A DNA stretch of 57,948 bases from the IMG/VR virus record IMGVR_UViG_3300043448_000583, positions 1-57,948 of that record. One strand, written 5' to 3'. The translations under genes and the position numbers were made by a program. Shown here piece after piece: positions 19,545 to 46,715 of this stretch. This stretch comes from a virus. Taxonomy: Duplodnaviria; Caudoviricetes. The notes below the pieces were generated by a model. That model had not been told where the DNA came from, did not search any database, and worked only from the letters and a program-made list of their open reading frames with translations. Within the stretch, counting starts at the first letter, position 1. Each line of letters begins with the position of its first letter.

Positions 19545-21422
19545 TTATAGTATAATACATTCGACCAACTTAACTTCTTGACTATCATTACTTTCTAATG
19601 CTATAGCAAATACATCACCAGAATATACAGGACTAACAACTGCTGCGCCATCTTCACCTGCTATTAATTTTTGACCTTTAATTACAGCACCTCTGACCTT
19701 AACTGGTACACGACCTTTTAGAGCCACTGCTGTTCCACCTTCTAAGTCTTTATTCATTAAATAAGCTGGGTTGGCACTGACTGCTCCAATAGCTCTACGA
19801 CCTACTTGGCAGGCTGTGACTTCTTTCTCACCACCTACCATTAGCACAGTTCCAACTTCATATGCTTTATCAGCTAGATATTTTTCTGCCAAGTCAGCAT
19901 AAGCAGCTGAGTTTGCTTGACCGTTAAAAAACCCAGCAGTTAAAGTGTTACTGTTAGGATTATATTTTAATGTACTAGTATCAATTTTTAATTCTTGAAA
20001 ACTAGAAGTACCTGATACAAATGTTATGTAATGATCTGTATTAATTAAATTAGCTTGAGTGACTTCGATCTCAGTAGCACTACCCGTACTTACTAAATCT
20101 GATATGGGTCTCCAATCTAATGTATTACTAGGTCCTACTGTTAGTACTTGATCTTCACTACCTAAAGGTAAAAATGCTGTATTATCTGTCGCTGATTGAT
20201 ATACTATAGAACCTAATCCACCACCTTTTAAATCATCGGCGAAGTTGGCTATCCCTACAAACCTATTAGCATTAATATTTCCACTAGAATCTCTAGCAAC
20301 TACTTTGTTAGCCTGAGTATCTACAGATCCACTTAAGTATGTACCACCTACATTTAATGCTGCTGCGTAATCAGCTGTACCTGTTAAGGAACCAATAAAT
20401 TCTAAAGCGTGAACAGCACTGAATTTTTGATCACTTCGACCTAACTTACTAGAACCCGCAACTCCTGGTAAAATATCTTTACCTTGCATTCTTAAGGCTG
20501 CTGCTGTAACTAAGTCTGTACTTAATTTAGTTTTAAAAATAATTTCTGCGTTGTTGATTACATTTTCAAAAGTTGGGTTTCCGTTGTCAATAAAAAACTT
20601 TATATCATTATCATTACCTACAGTCAACCCACTGTCATCAAAAAATACACCACCAGTAAATTCTGGATTTTCTTTCTCAATAAAATCATCGGCTGTATAT
20701 GTTGCACCATCAATACCCACAAGTTTTAATGCTGAACTTGATGTGCCCCAAAATTTGTAAAATCCACTAGTTTTTCCAAAATTTTCATTATAATAAAGAT
20801 CTGGATCTGATTCATTTACTGTATGACTTTCACCTACATTAGTTCCTATAAGATTAACACCTTGCCTAATCACAGTGAATGTAGGTCTTAATGATGAATC
20901 TAAAGCTAGAGTAAATGTAGTACTACTGATTATGAAAACTGTTTGGTTATTGACTAAACCTTGTACTACAGGATGTGTTATATTATTTGTGTCAACTACA
21001 CTGATACTTTTTAGCTCAGTAGTTCCTGCGTTTTCAACAGCCTGAGGACCGATTAGTGTAAATGCGCTGCCATTCCAAGTGTATAATTGTTTAGTATCAG
21101 TGTTAAACCAAAAATCACCCACAGTCATTCCGCCGGGTTGAACGTCACCTACTTCTGATCCACCTGCTACTCTAAACTTAGTACCATCAAAAAATTTTAG
21201 TTTCTTTTGGCTGCTATCATACCAAATTTGACCTGCTATTTTACGGGGTGGCTCACTGGTTCCTGCGAAATTTTCCAGTAAATGTACTAGATTTTCGTTC
21301 TGAACTTCGCCATAACCAGCGTAATTTCTACCTATAAGCTTGATATCTAAGGTATTATCAACGGTTCCGTCTTCAACTACCGCAACAATAGCACCGTTAT
21401 ACCTATTAATATTATATGGCAT
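19545..21422 (-). CDS. Tail fibre/baseplate protein with a C-terminal intramolecular-chaperone (peptidase G2-like) domain
   Basis: N-terminus shared with the two upstream paralogues (L.G.NY.GYGE..NEN..HLLENFA...P..GQ.W); C-terminal YADLAEKY...VSANPAYLMN...VALKGRVPVKV. Confidence 0.65.
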   Translation of the reverse strand: MPYNINRYNGAIVAVVEDGTVDNTLDIKLIGRNYAGYGEVQNENLVHLLENFAGTSEPPRKIAGQIWYDSSQKKLKFFDGTKFRVAGGSEVGDVQPGGMTVGDFWFNTDTKQLYTWNGSAFTLIGPQAVENAGTTELKSISVVDTNNITHPVVQGLVNNQTVFIISSTTFTLALDSSLRPTFTVIRQGVNLIGTNVGESHTVNESDPDLYYNENFGKTSGFYKFWGTSSSALKLVGIDGATYTADDFIEKENPEFTGGVFFDDSGLTVGNDNDIKFFIDNGNPTFENVINNAEIIFKTKLSTDLVTAAALRMQGKDILPGVAGSSKLGRSDQKFSAVHALEFIGSLTGTADYAAALNVGGTYLSGSVDTQANKVVARDSSGNINANRFVGIANFADDLKGGGLGSIVYQSATDNTAFLPLGSEDQVLTVGPSNTLDWRPISDLVSTGSATEIEVTQANLINTDHYITFVSGTSSFQELKIDTSTLKYNPNSNTLTAGFFNGQANSAAYADLAEKYLADKAYEVGTVLMVGGEKEVTACQVGRRAIGAVSANPAYLMNKDLEGGTAVALKGRVPVKVRGAVIKGQKLIAGEDGAAVVSPVYSGDVFAIALESNDSQEVKLVECIIL

Positions 21423-21451
21423 TACTCAACCCCTTTCGAATATTTATCAAA

Positions 21452-24433
21452 TTATGTTCTATCATAACACCACCCGCGCACAGAACCTGTGTAAACTAGT
21501 GTAAATGCTAGTCCTGCTGTACTAAATGCCACAGGATCTGTTACTGATGCACCATTAAATTTTTCCCCGTTAAAACGTAGATATAGAGGTCTAGCCACTG
21601 TCAACCCGTTTCTATCCATAAATCTTATGGTGTCACCAACTTGTGGAGTAACACTTTCTAGCCCTTGTGTCCAAGGAGGAAGATATACTTGTACGTTATT
21701 AACACTATTGTCAATAAGTAAATTTTCTCCTGGTCTAGAATATTTTATAGCGTTTCCAGGAGTAATTTTCCAAGTTGGTTTAAAATAACCTGAAACTAAA
21801 ATTTCACTGGTTGTTCCGCCTAGGTTAATTACGCCACTTGGTTCACCGCCTATGTTTAACGTTGTAACTGTGTCAGTAAACATATTAATAGTGGTCAAAC
21901 CTGTGGTAATTTCGTCATCAATCCTTAGATTATCAACACGTAAGTTTGGCACATTAAGTCTGGTTACACCATCACCACCAATTGGACCTACCATGTTGCC
22001 TGTTACTAGTACATCACCATAAACAGTCATACTATTACCAACTAGACGTACTGTAGTGCTAGCTTCAATTTCGTTCCTAATATCGTCTTTATATAAAACT
22101 CCCACACCACCAACTACTGCCGAAGTGTCTAGTTCTGGCATGATCAATTTGTTTCTTATAAGAAAATTATTTCTAGCAAGAATAATTGGAAACTGAGTAT
22201 AAAGAGCTGTTTCTACAGGTTGATAAACACTGGAGTCTTCTGCTACTGTTCCAAGACCAATTTCAATTCTTTTGGCACTGGCTCCCATGTTCATTTCTTG
22301 AACAAAGTCAGGAATAAAGTCAAAGAATGTAGTATTGACGCCTGTACTGATAACTCCTCTGAATACACTGCCTGAGGAAACTTCACTGGTTATTTGTACT
22401 TCACCTGCCACACTACCAACAATAAGTTCCTTGCCTACTCTTACCCTAGTTAGTCCGCCGCCACCTAATTCAATGGTATTAGCAGCACTACCCACTGTGA
22501 TAATACCACTCATATCAGTGTTAAAAATAGATCCATTTTGAACACCAGGTGGACTAATAATATCACCACCTTCAACAACTAAGTCACCACTAAATGTAGT
22601 TTCTCTAGCATTAATTCTTACATACTGTTGTAGGCCAGTTGGGTTACCAATATTGATCTGTGTGCTTCCAGCTCCAAAATCAATTGTACGGGCACGATTA
22701 TTAAATAATTGTACATTGTCACCAGTGCTATCTATTATGGCTGTGCTTGCTCCATTGCCTACAGTAACTTTTCTTAAAACATTTAAATTATTTTGTACAA
22801 TAGTTTCACCTGATGGATCACCAGGATCACCTACGGTAATTAAACTGGCTTCACCACCAAATGCTATAGTATTTGTATTTTCATTTAATACTTCAAAAGT
22901 TCCTACAAAACCTGGAGCTATTGTAATTTTATTAACACCATCAAATCTTAACTCTTTTTCAAGTATTAGATCTTCAAGGGCTCTTGTTGGTTCTGTGAGA
23001 ACAACAGCACCATCTACAGCACCAATTTCTAAGTTAGTCGTCGCACCAACAGCTCTTATGGTATTATCAACAATTAGCACACTATCAACTAGCATGTCAC
23101 CAGTAATACCCAATGTACCTGCTATGCTAATATCGTTGGCAAAATTTACACTGCTTGTAGGACTACCTACGTTTATAGTATTAGCTGCTTGACCAAAATT
23201 AATAGTTTCAGTAGTGACATTAAGTAAATTAAAATCTGTTGTTGTAGCTAATAGATCACCACCTTCAATGGTCAAATCTCTATGTACAATTAGGTTATTG
23301 TTTACTGTGGTTTCACCTGTACTAGCACCTATATTAACTTCTGTAGCAGCTCCACTAAAATTCACTGTGGTCGCTGTGGTATTAACAATATCTATTTGTG
23401 TACTATTTGTAACTATATTTTGTCTAACATTAAGATTACCATTAACGTCTAATCTTTCTAAAGGATCTGTGTTATAAATTCCTATTCGTTCACTGCCAGC
23501 ATCTATAAAAACTGCCTCTTTACTACCACTAGAGCTTTTAGTTACTAGTGCTAGATCTTGATTGGTAACATTATTTTTTATATTAACTATTGGTATAACT
23601 GTAGGATTTGTATCGTCTATCTGATTTATTTCAACAGTCAAGTTACTGGCATAACCTAATGTGATAGGAACAGCCACTGGATCTAAGGGATTATCTTTAT
23701 TATTACCTGTTAGAGTAATTCTACCATCTACATCGCTAGTACCAGTTGTTTGAACAAAGTTTCCTACATTAATAGGGACACCGTCTTTTACCAAGTTTTC
23801 AGCATTTACAGCAGTGCCGTGATACTTGAAATTTTGATTTACTACATTGAATCCTCGATTTACGTTGCCACTATATCCTTCAGATCCTAGTATTTTACCT
23901 TCGCCAATTTGATAATTTGGAGTAAAGACTATATCTGAAAATACGCCTACTAGTACATTTCCTATTTTAAGTTTTACGACATTTCTTTCAATACCGTTTA
24001 TATCAATTATGGTAACAACTTGATGTCCACTGACACCTTGTTGGGCAGTATAAATTGGGCCAGCTAGAGTGTTAGCAGTACCGTCATTAAAGAACAATTG
24101 TCTTGTTTGATTATTGATCCAAAATTCACCTGGTGTTAAATTAGGACTTGTTGTTCCTACCACAGGTCTATTAAAATCTTTAAATTCAAGACCATTATAG
24201 ATTTTTAATCTTTCAACACTAGTATCATACCATAGTTGACCTTTTAATGGATTGCGTGGTTGTTCGCTGTTGGCAAAATTTTCTAGTATTTTAACAAAAT
24301 TTTCATTAAAATATTCACCATAATTAGGTGTATTTTTACCAACTAGAGCTACATCAATAGTAGTTCTATCTACATTGTTGTCCAGTACATCAGTTAAAAT
24401 AGTACCATTAGTCTTATTGATTGTATATGGCAT
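21452..24433 (-). CDS. Tail fibre/baseplate protein with a C-terminal T4 gp9/gp10-like domain
   Basis: Paralogous N-terminus; repeated N..A.TINFG.A...I.IG units; C-terminal IDNS....VYLP...VGDTIRFMD...NGEKFNG...LVYTGSVRGW. Confidence 0.6.
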   Translation of the reverse strand: MPYTINKTNGTILTDVLDNNVDRTTIDVALVGKNTPNYGEYFNENFVKILENFANSEQPRNPLKGQLWYDTSVERLKIYNGLEFKDFNRPVVGTTSPNLTPGEFWINNQTRQLFFNDGTANTLAGPIYTAQQGVSGHQVVTIIDINGIERNVVKLKIGNVLVGVFSDIVFTPNYQIGEGKILGSEGYSGNVNRGFNVVNQNFKYHGTAVNAENLVKDGVPINVGNFVQTTGTSDVDGRITLTGNNKDNPLDPVAVPITLGYASNLTVEINQIDDTNPTVIPIVNIKNNVTNQDLALVTKSSSGSKEAVFIDAGSERIGIYNTDPLERLDVNGNLNVRQNIVTNSTQIDIVNTTATTVNFSGAATEVNIGASTGETTVNNNLIVHRDLTIEGGDLLATTTDFNLLNVTTETINFGQAANTINVGSPTSSVNFANDISIAGTLGITGDMLVDSVLIVDNTIRAVGATTNLEIGAVDGAVVLTEPTRALEDLILEKELRFDGVNKITIAPGFVGTFEVLNENTNTIAFGGEASLITVGDPGDPSGETIVQNNLNVLRKVTVGNGASTAIIDSTGDNVQLFNNRARTIDFGAGSTQINIGNPTGLQQYVRINARETTFSGDLVVEGGDIISPPGVQNGSIFNTDMSGIITVGSAANTIELGGGGLTRVRVGKELIVGSVAGEVQITSEVSSGSVFRGVISTGVNTTFFDFIPDFVQEMNMGASAKRIEIGLGTVAEDSSVYQPVETALYTQFPIILARNNFLIRNKLIMPELDTSAVVGGVGVLYKDDIRNEIEASTTVRLVGNSMTVYGDVLVTGNMVGPIGGDGVTRLNVPNLRVDNLRIDDEITTGLTTINMFTDTVTTLNIGGEPSGVINLGGTTSEILVSGYFKPTWKITPGNAIKYSRPGENLLIDNSVNNVQVYLPPWTQGLESVTPQVGDTIRFMDRNGLTVARPLYLRFNGEKFNGASVTDPVAFSTAGLAFTLVYTGSVRGWCYDRT

Positions 24434-26430
24434 TAGATTTTCCCAGTGTATATAATGTAATGACTACCTATTGAAATCTTAGCTCGCCCTGTACCTGAAG
24501 CAGGATTAGCATTAGGTATTCCAGTAATAGAATCCGTGGACCATGAAGTTATGAATACTACATTTTTAGCAGCAATGCCACTAAGACCTAAAAGTGTCCA
24601 ATCAGTTGTACCTACTTCTGTTATAACATATTCAATACCCCATTTTAGTTTACTAGCCTCGTAAGTTGGTAATTGATCTGTTAGGTCAGGTAGAGCAAAA
24701 GTACTTAAACCAGATCTAGGACCAACTAAATCTTCTAGTGCTCTATAATTGTATCCAATTACATTATATAATAAACCATATTCAGTTTGTAACTTTTCGT
24801 CCCCATCACATAGTAGATAGCCTTGAGGTATTTTTGATATAGATCCTGAAAATAATACTATTGTCCCAACGGGCACAACCGCTATAGAATTTACAATTGA
24901 TGATTTTTTTATTCTATAAAGCTGATTAGCTCTTTCTAATAATAAAACATCATTGCTTAAAAATGCCGTAGATTCAGTTTTGGTGCTGATAACATCTTGT
25001 GATAACTGTGTATTTAGAGTTAAATTATTACCTGCTGTTTGTACACTTACTGTATTAGAATCTACATCACCAGATAATTGTAAAGTTATAGCAGTGGCCA
25101 AACCTGTACTAGTTCCTGAAACATTACCAAAAAATCCAGGATTAGAACTAGCATAAAAAGTACCTCTAAAACTTACTGGTTCAGTCTCAGTTCCAACAAA
25201 GTTAGCATAGATAGTATTAAACTTTTTGCCGGCTGTTCCTATATCCCATACAGCATTTTGAGTAGGTTCTATATCATTTACTGTGGTTAATCCTCCAACA
25301 TTGATATTACCGCCTAAATTTATATCTTTGACAACAACTAATCCCCCTGGAGTACTAATGCTATTACTAGCATCACCAGTAATTATTACTCTGCCATTGG
25401 TTTTTATATTACCATAAACATCCAAACTTTCTTCAGGAGCTAGATTATTAATACCAATGCTACCACGTTGAATATCGTCGTTGGTTGAACTGACACGCAA
25501 TATAGTTTTAATAGCATTAGATTTACGTAATCTTAAATCTATTGTTGATCCTGCGATTTTATTGTATAAAAATGATCCAGTAGATTCTGTGCCTACATTA
25601 AAACTTAGATCACTACCAACACTTAGTCCATTATTACTTCTAATATTAATACCAAAATTAGTTGTACTGGTTTTATCGCTGCGTAGAAAGTTTTTAGCAT
25701 CTACAGTTTCATCACCTATAACCAATGTTTCTGCTTTTTCAGCTAGTCCCCAAAATTTAACCCCTGCGGAATTTAAATTTAAGGTAGATGTAGTAAGATT
25801 GATACCTTCTTTAATTAAAGCAAATCCTTCAATTAAACTCTTAGGAGTAAACTCAGTATCACTAATTATGGCAACTCTACGTGTTTTTACGTATACACTG
25901 AGTATAGGTCTTACTACATTATTACTGGCATCTACAATGAGTTCAACTTCTACACCAGTTTTTTCACCTGCGTTATATTGTGGTCCAATTAAGGTCCACC
26001 CTGTGCCATTATAAATGTATAACTGTTGCTTGGCTGTGTCTACGTATAGATCACCTAATTTTAAATTTGTACTTACAGCACTTTCAATAGTAGGTGCTTG
26101 AGCTGATTTTTTAAGTACACCTAATGGTAACCAATTACTGCCATCAAATACTTTAAGTCCATAGCTATCTAGACTGGTGCTAGCCAATGTATCATTGTTT
26201 ACTAGTGCGTTTGTATTAAACCAAAGTTGTCCTTGAACAGGATTATCTGGTGGACTGCCAAAAGAAAAATTTTCTAATAAATGTACAAAATTTTCTGCGA
26301 CAATTTCGCTGTAGCCTTGATTATATTTTTTACCTATGAGAGTAAGGGGTGTGCTTGTTTGATCTAGATTCGTATCTGCTATCTGTATTGGAGTTTTATT
26401 TTGATCAGTGTAATTGATATTAATAGTCAT
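24433..26430 (-). CDS. Tail fibre protein with a phage tail-collar domain
   Basis: Paralogous N-terminus; C-terminal VPVGTIVLFSG...PQGYLLCDG...LYNVIG...TFALPDL...YIIYTG. Confidence 0.75.
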   Translation of the reverse strand: MTININYTDQNKTPIQIADTNLDQTSTPLTLIGKKYNQGYSEIVAENFVHLLENFSFGSPPDNPVQGQLWFNTNALVNNDTLASTSLDSYGLKVFDGSNWLPLGVLKKSAQAPTIESAVSTNLKLGDLYVDTAKQQLYIYNGTGWTLIGPQYNAGEKTGVEVELIVDASNNVVRPILSVYVKTRRVAIISDTEFTPKSLIEGFALIKEGINLTTSTLNLNSAGVKFWGLAEKAETLVIGDETVDAKNFLRSDKTSTTNFGINIRSNNGLSVGSDLSFNVGTESTGSFLYNKIAGSTIDLRLRKSNAIKTILRVSSTNDDIQRGSIGINNLAPEESLDVYGNIKTNGRVIITGDASNSISTPGGLVVVKDINLGGNINVGGLTTVNDIEPTQNAVWDIGTAGKKFNTIYANFVGTETEPVSFRGTFYASSNPGFFGNVSGTSTGLATAITLQLSGDVDSNTVSVQTAGNNLTLNTQLSQDVISTKTESTAFLSNDVLLLERANQLYRIKKSSIVNSIAVVPVGTIVLFSGSISKIPQGYLLCDGDEKLQTEYGLLYNVIGYNYRALEDLVGPRSGLSTFALPDLTDQLPTYEASKLKWGIEYVITEVGTTDWTLLGLSGIAAKNVVFITSWSTDSITGIPNANPASGTGRAKISIGSHYIIYTGKI

Positions 26431-26431
26431 A

Positions 26432-27040
26432 TTACACTCCTAAAAGTCCAGTTAAACTTTGAATTCTTACAGTATAATCAATTTGTATAAGTCTGTTTAA
26501 ACTTTTTTGTACAGGGTGAAATACCACATGCGTTAATAATCTTTTCTCACCAGATTCATTACTAGTCACTAGGCCCAATTCATCAAATACATACAGGCTT
26601 TCTGAACTATTAGTGTTGTCAAATGCTTCTTGTCCATTAGGCTCACCATAGTCCAACAAACAGGTGATAAAAACATCAGTATAGGTAGTACCAGTCACAT
26701 GTCTAGTTTCAATGTAATTTCTTACAGGATTAAGATTAACACTGCTAGTATCATCAACTACTTTACTATAAGTTTGATTATACAAGCTAGCATTAATACC
26801 TGTAGTATTTGGGGTCAAATATGTAATAATTCCTGTGGGATCTACAGCAGTTCCACCGTTACCAAAGGCCATTTCTGATATGATACCACTGCCACTATTT
26901 GCTATGCTATTGGCCAGTGCCACGCTCATATTCTCGTAATGTATGGCATTTCGTTTATTGATGTAGATTTCTTGAGATTCTGGATCCCAAATCTTAATAT
27001 GTCCTTCTACATGAATACCGCCTAAATCTCTATTTTGCAT
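26432..27040 (-). CDS. Putative baseplate or fibre-attachment structural protein
   Basis: 202 aa with MAFGNGG, FDELGL, LLTHVVFHPVQKS and IDYTVRI; late promoter at 27059-27066; context only. Confidence 0.5.
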   Translation of the reverse strand: MQNRDLGGIHVEGHIKIWDPESQEIYINKRNAIHYENMSVALANSIANSGSGIISEMAFGNGGTAVDPTGIITYLTPNTTGINASLYNQTYSKVVDDTSSVNLNPVRNYIETRHVTGTTYTDVFITCLLDYGEPNGQEAFDNTNSSESLYVFDELGLVTSNESGEKRLLTHVVFHPVQKSLNRLIQIDYTVRIQSLTGLLGV

Positions 27041-27086
27041 GTTTTTTCTCTATCAAAATATTTATTATAATTAAAATATGCTAGTA

Positions 27087-42770
<15,684 letters not shown>

Positions 42771-42771
<1 letters not shown>

Positions 42772-45700
42772 CAATAACTCCCTAAGTTACTTACAACATT
42801 TTGTTGACTTACAATATTACTGGTGGATGTAATTGCTCCACTGGCCATAATGGCACTTGCTGTAATAGATTCAATAATTTCAATATCATCGCTAGTAGCA
42901 CCATTTATAAAAATTTGATTATTTTCAGCAGGTATTTCAAACAGACTTCCAAAAGTTAATGATGCTGATCTAGGTACTATGAGAACATTGACTAGATAAG
43001 GTGTTGTTCTATTCATTATGTAGGCAACTAATTCACTAAAATAAAAACTTTCTCCGAAATCCCAATTATCTAATGTAAAAAATTCATTAATACTGGCCAA
43101 TACTCTAGCTTTAATATCATTGTCACTTATAATTTGTTCTGGATTTTTAACTAGTTTAAAACTTGCCTGTAAATTACTACTGGCTTTAGAACCGAATAGT
43201 ATTTTGTATTTTACTGGATGATATATTACTTCATCACTCATTGCTTTAATTTTGTTTAAGCTAGGGCTTAAGGTCAAGGATAAACTATCACTACTTGGTG
43301 GTAGTGGTTCTTCAGATATTGAACCTGCTATCCATCTTCTAAATTCTATATCATATTGCTTGGTTAATATATAGATATCAATTAAATTGACGTGTCCTGG
43401 ATCAATTCTGTTTTCATAATCACTACTGTGTACATATTGAAATTTAAGATCCCCTCTACCTTGATAAACTTTATAATCTAAATTATAAACAAACCTGCCT
43501 AAATTATTATCCCATCTTGCCAAGTTATTAGATTCAACTATATAAAAATATTGATTATGAATTTTTTCACTGATAAGAATATCATTTAAACTATTTTTAA
43601 TAATTATATTAGAGCCTTTTTTGTATCTATAATCATACTGTCCTGTTATAGTCTCATATTTTTCTAGTGCTACAAATTTATTTAAATCCACGCTTAAATC
43701 TTGATTTAATGGTTGTACTAATTCTTCAAATAAATCTGGATTATCTACAACGCCATCAATATTGCTATCGTAAAAACTAATTTCTATCTTTTTAGTGTCC
43801 ACATATCCATCTAAACCAGTATATTCTTTAACAATTTCCCAAGATAAATCATAAGTAAATTGATTGTTTAGGTTAGGTTTTTTATTAATGCTTAATACAT
43901 TGATTTTATCTTTTACAATGGTATTAGTTTTTGTATCAAATACCTTGTTAGTTCCATCAAAATAAAATCTTATTTGTTTGTCACTTTCAAAAATATATCT
44001 CAATTTTCTAGTTTTTACAGTATAATACTCTGTATCAGTAGTGAATAAAATTAACCAACTTGAGTCTAAACTTTGTCCAGTTAAATCTCCAGCTTTGCCT
44101 ATACTAAATGTATTTGTTATATTGAGATTATTGTCAAATATCACAGCCCATTGTTTAGATTCTATATCATATCTTATACCAAATGGTTTGTTAGCAAATA
44201 TTAGACTGACCATTGTTGTTATTACTTTTGAATCTAAATTAGTTCTCCATATAGGAATAATTTCATCTATTATAGATCCTGTTGGAATCTCTACATTTAG
44301 TGTAACACTACCATCACCTGTAGTTAATTCTGGTGTAAGACCAAGGTCAACTATGTTAGTTAATCTTGTCCACAAATAGTTAGTGGTGTTAGAAGGTTGT
44401 AAAGATACACCATCATAATCAACTAATTTATTGCTGTTAGTTTTGTCAAATAATTTTCCAGTAGGGGCTTTAAATCTAATTAAACAGCCTACTTCAAAAT
44501 GACGTAATATAGTGGTAGCGTCGTATCCTACAATGTCGTTACTAAAATCTATTAAGTATCCAGTAGAATAATTTGTACCTGAAGTTTTTTTAACCCATCT
44601 ATAGTTCAAATCAGAACTGACTGGTATTCTTCCAAACTTATCATAATAAAAATTTCTTAGACTTGTTTCTTGTAAAATAGGAATTATTTTATTATAAATT
44701 ATTCCTTCAATATCTACAGTGGTGACAAATTTAAATTTCATACTTTCATCATATTCTTCTTTATAAAGTATGCCATCATCGCCAAATAAATTTATACTGC
44801 TGTATTTTCCTGTAGGATCTGTAAGATCAAAATATCTACTGATTCCACTACTAGTTCTGTTTACACTTTTAATTTTTATAATATCCTGATCTACACTTAA
44901 GGGACTTATATTATAATCTTCGGCAGTAATCATTCTGCTTTGAGTATAATAAGTAGCAGGTGCTTTGGCCTTAATTTGATCGTTAGATTCAGTAGGACTA
45001 CTATTATTAATTGAGCTTACCAATCCCATTGATATGCTTAATACTTCTAATTGCCCAGTATTACTAAAATAACTGAACTCAATAGTTACATTTTTCATAT
45101 CCTTAGGATTTATTGTATAGCTTAAGCCATTACTAGTCCTATAATATATTTTAAAATCACCCTTAGGCAAATTACCAAAAACACCATCACTAAATGCCAA
45201 ACTAATCCTGTCATTAGTTCTTGTTATAACACTATAGATGTTTCTAATATTTTTATTAATACTATTATAGATAATATTATTAGCTTCAAAGTTACTGACC
45301 TGTTGCCAATAGTCTGTTTCTAATCCATTGTTGTCTAATTTGTATAACCATACATCGGTATCATTAATATTAACAGCATTAATATCCACAATTTCATTAG
45401 TACTTGGTTGCCCAATATTAAAACTACCTGTGTTTAATGTACCTTGTTTGAAATGAGAAAAGAATCCAGTATTATTACTGGCACTGCCCTTACCATCATC
45501 TCTATAGAGAAAACTTAGATCTTTACCTATTAACGGTGGATCTTCAACTATTGAATTATCTTGAATAATTGTGCTGACAATTTCAAAATTCATAGTTCTG
45601 CCATCAATAGCTTTATTAAATGCGTATATAGGAACCACTGTACTGGCTGTTTGGAACCTATATTGTTCTGTTGGAATATTATAAATTACTTCTTTGGCCA

Positions 45701-46220
45701 AGGGATTTCCAAATTGAGCTGTATTAGGCAGGGCTGAATTAATTACTCTCAAAAATTGATCAAACCAATCATTATTTGAAGGATCATTCCAAATAATTTC
45801 TTGACCTGCTAGATTACGTCCATTTACATCAAAAATATTTTCAGTTGTACTAATACTGGTCCATTTAAGTAATCCAGATGCAGGTCTATTTCTTTTAGCA
45901 TTATAGCTCAGTGTACGTGCTAATCTTAATATGCTTTCCCTACGTTCTGCTAGTTCTAAAAAATTTTCTCGGGCATTTAGGTCTACACGAAATGCTATGC
46001 TTTGTCCTAAAAAAGCAATCATATCTATTAGGGCTAGATATTCACTACTTTCAATATAATCATTAAAATCTTCTGGGAAATTTTCACGTAAGTAATCAAT
46101 CATTACCCTACGTAGATTCTCAAAATCATAACTCTGAAAATCTGCGTTACGAAAACTTTGATATATTCTACGCCAGTCTTCAGCTACTAGTAATCTATTT
46201 TGTCTATCAGTTGCCGACAT
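42771..46220 (-). CDS. gp6: Baseplate wedge subunit (T4 gp6-like)
   Basis: DFE.LR..MIDYL...FNDYIESSE..ALID.IAF, ENFL..A.RR.S...LA..L.Y, F.DG.FG..P, ES..QIK..AP..Y.TQ.RM.TAEDY, WDFG..FY.SEL. Confidence 0.9.
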
Positions 46221-46266
46221 CGTTTTTCCCTTACTGGATATTTATCGTAGCTCAAAAACTACTAGT

Positions 46267-46707
46267 TTATCCAACTATACCTGCGTTTTGATCGAATCTA
46301 TAGCGTAGTGTTTCACTAATATTGTAGGGCAAGTAGGTCAAATCACATTCAATTTGTATACCTGTTTCATAGGCTGTTACAATAATATTTTCACTTTGAA
46401 TCCTAGGATCATAATTTAAAATAGTTTCTACATCTTTTAAGATTATATCACGCACTTCTTCGGTCAAGGGTTCAAAAATAATGTCCCAAATTATGGTTCC
46501 AAAGTTAGGGTCACTGAGTTTTTCACCCTTTCTAATATGAAAATGATTGAGTAAATCTTGTTTAATTAATGAAAAATCATATAAACTGTAATTTTCACTA
46601 TCCGCACTTATAGTACTAAATCCTCTGTAAGTTCTAGGTAAAGGTGGAGTGTCCCTAAAACTTCTACCATTGACCTGTAACCTATCATATAATCTTTGAA
46701 TAGCCAT
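46267..46707 (-). CDS. gp25: Baseplate wedge subunit (gp25/GPW family)
   Basis: IKQDLLNHF.IRKGE...PNFGT.IWD.IFEP and YDPRI motifs. Confidence 0.92.
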   Translation of the reverse strand: MAIQRLYDRLQVNGRSFRDTPPLPRTYRGFSTISADSENYSLYDFSLIKQDLLNHFHIRKGEKLSDPNFGTIIWDIIFEPLTEEVRDIILKDVETILNYDPRIQSENIIVTAYETGIQIECDLTYLPYNISETLRYRFDQNAGIVG

Positions 46708-46715
46708 AAAATTAT

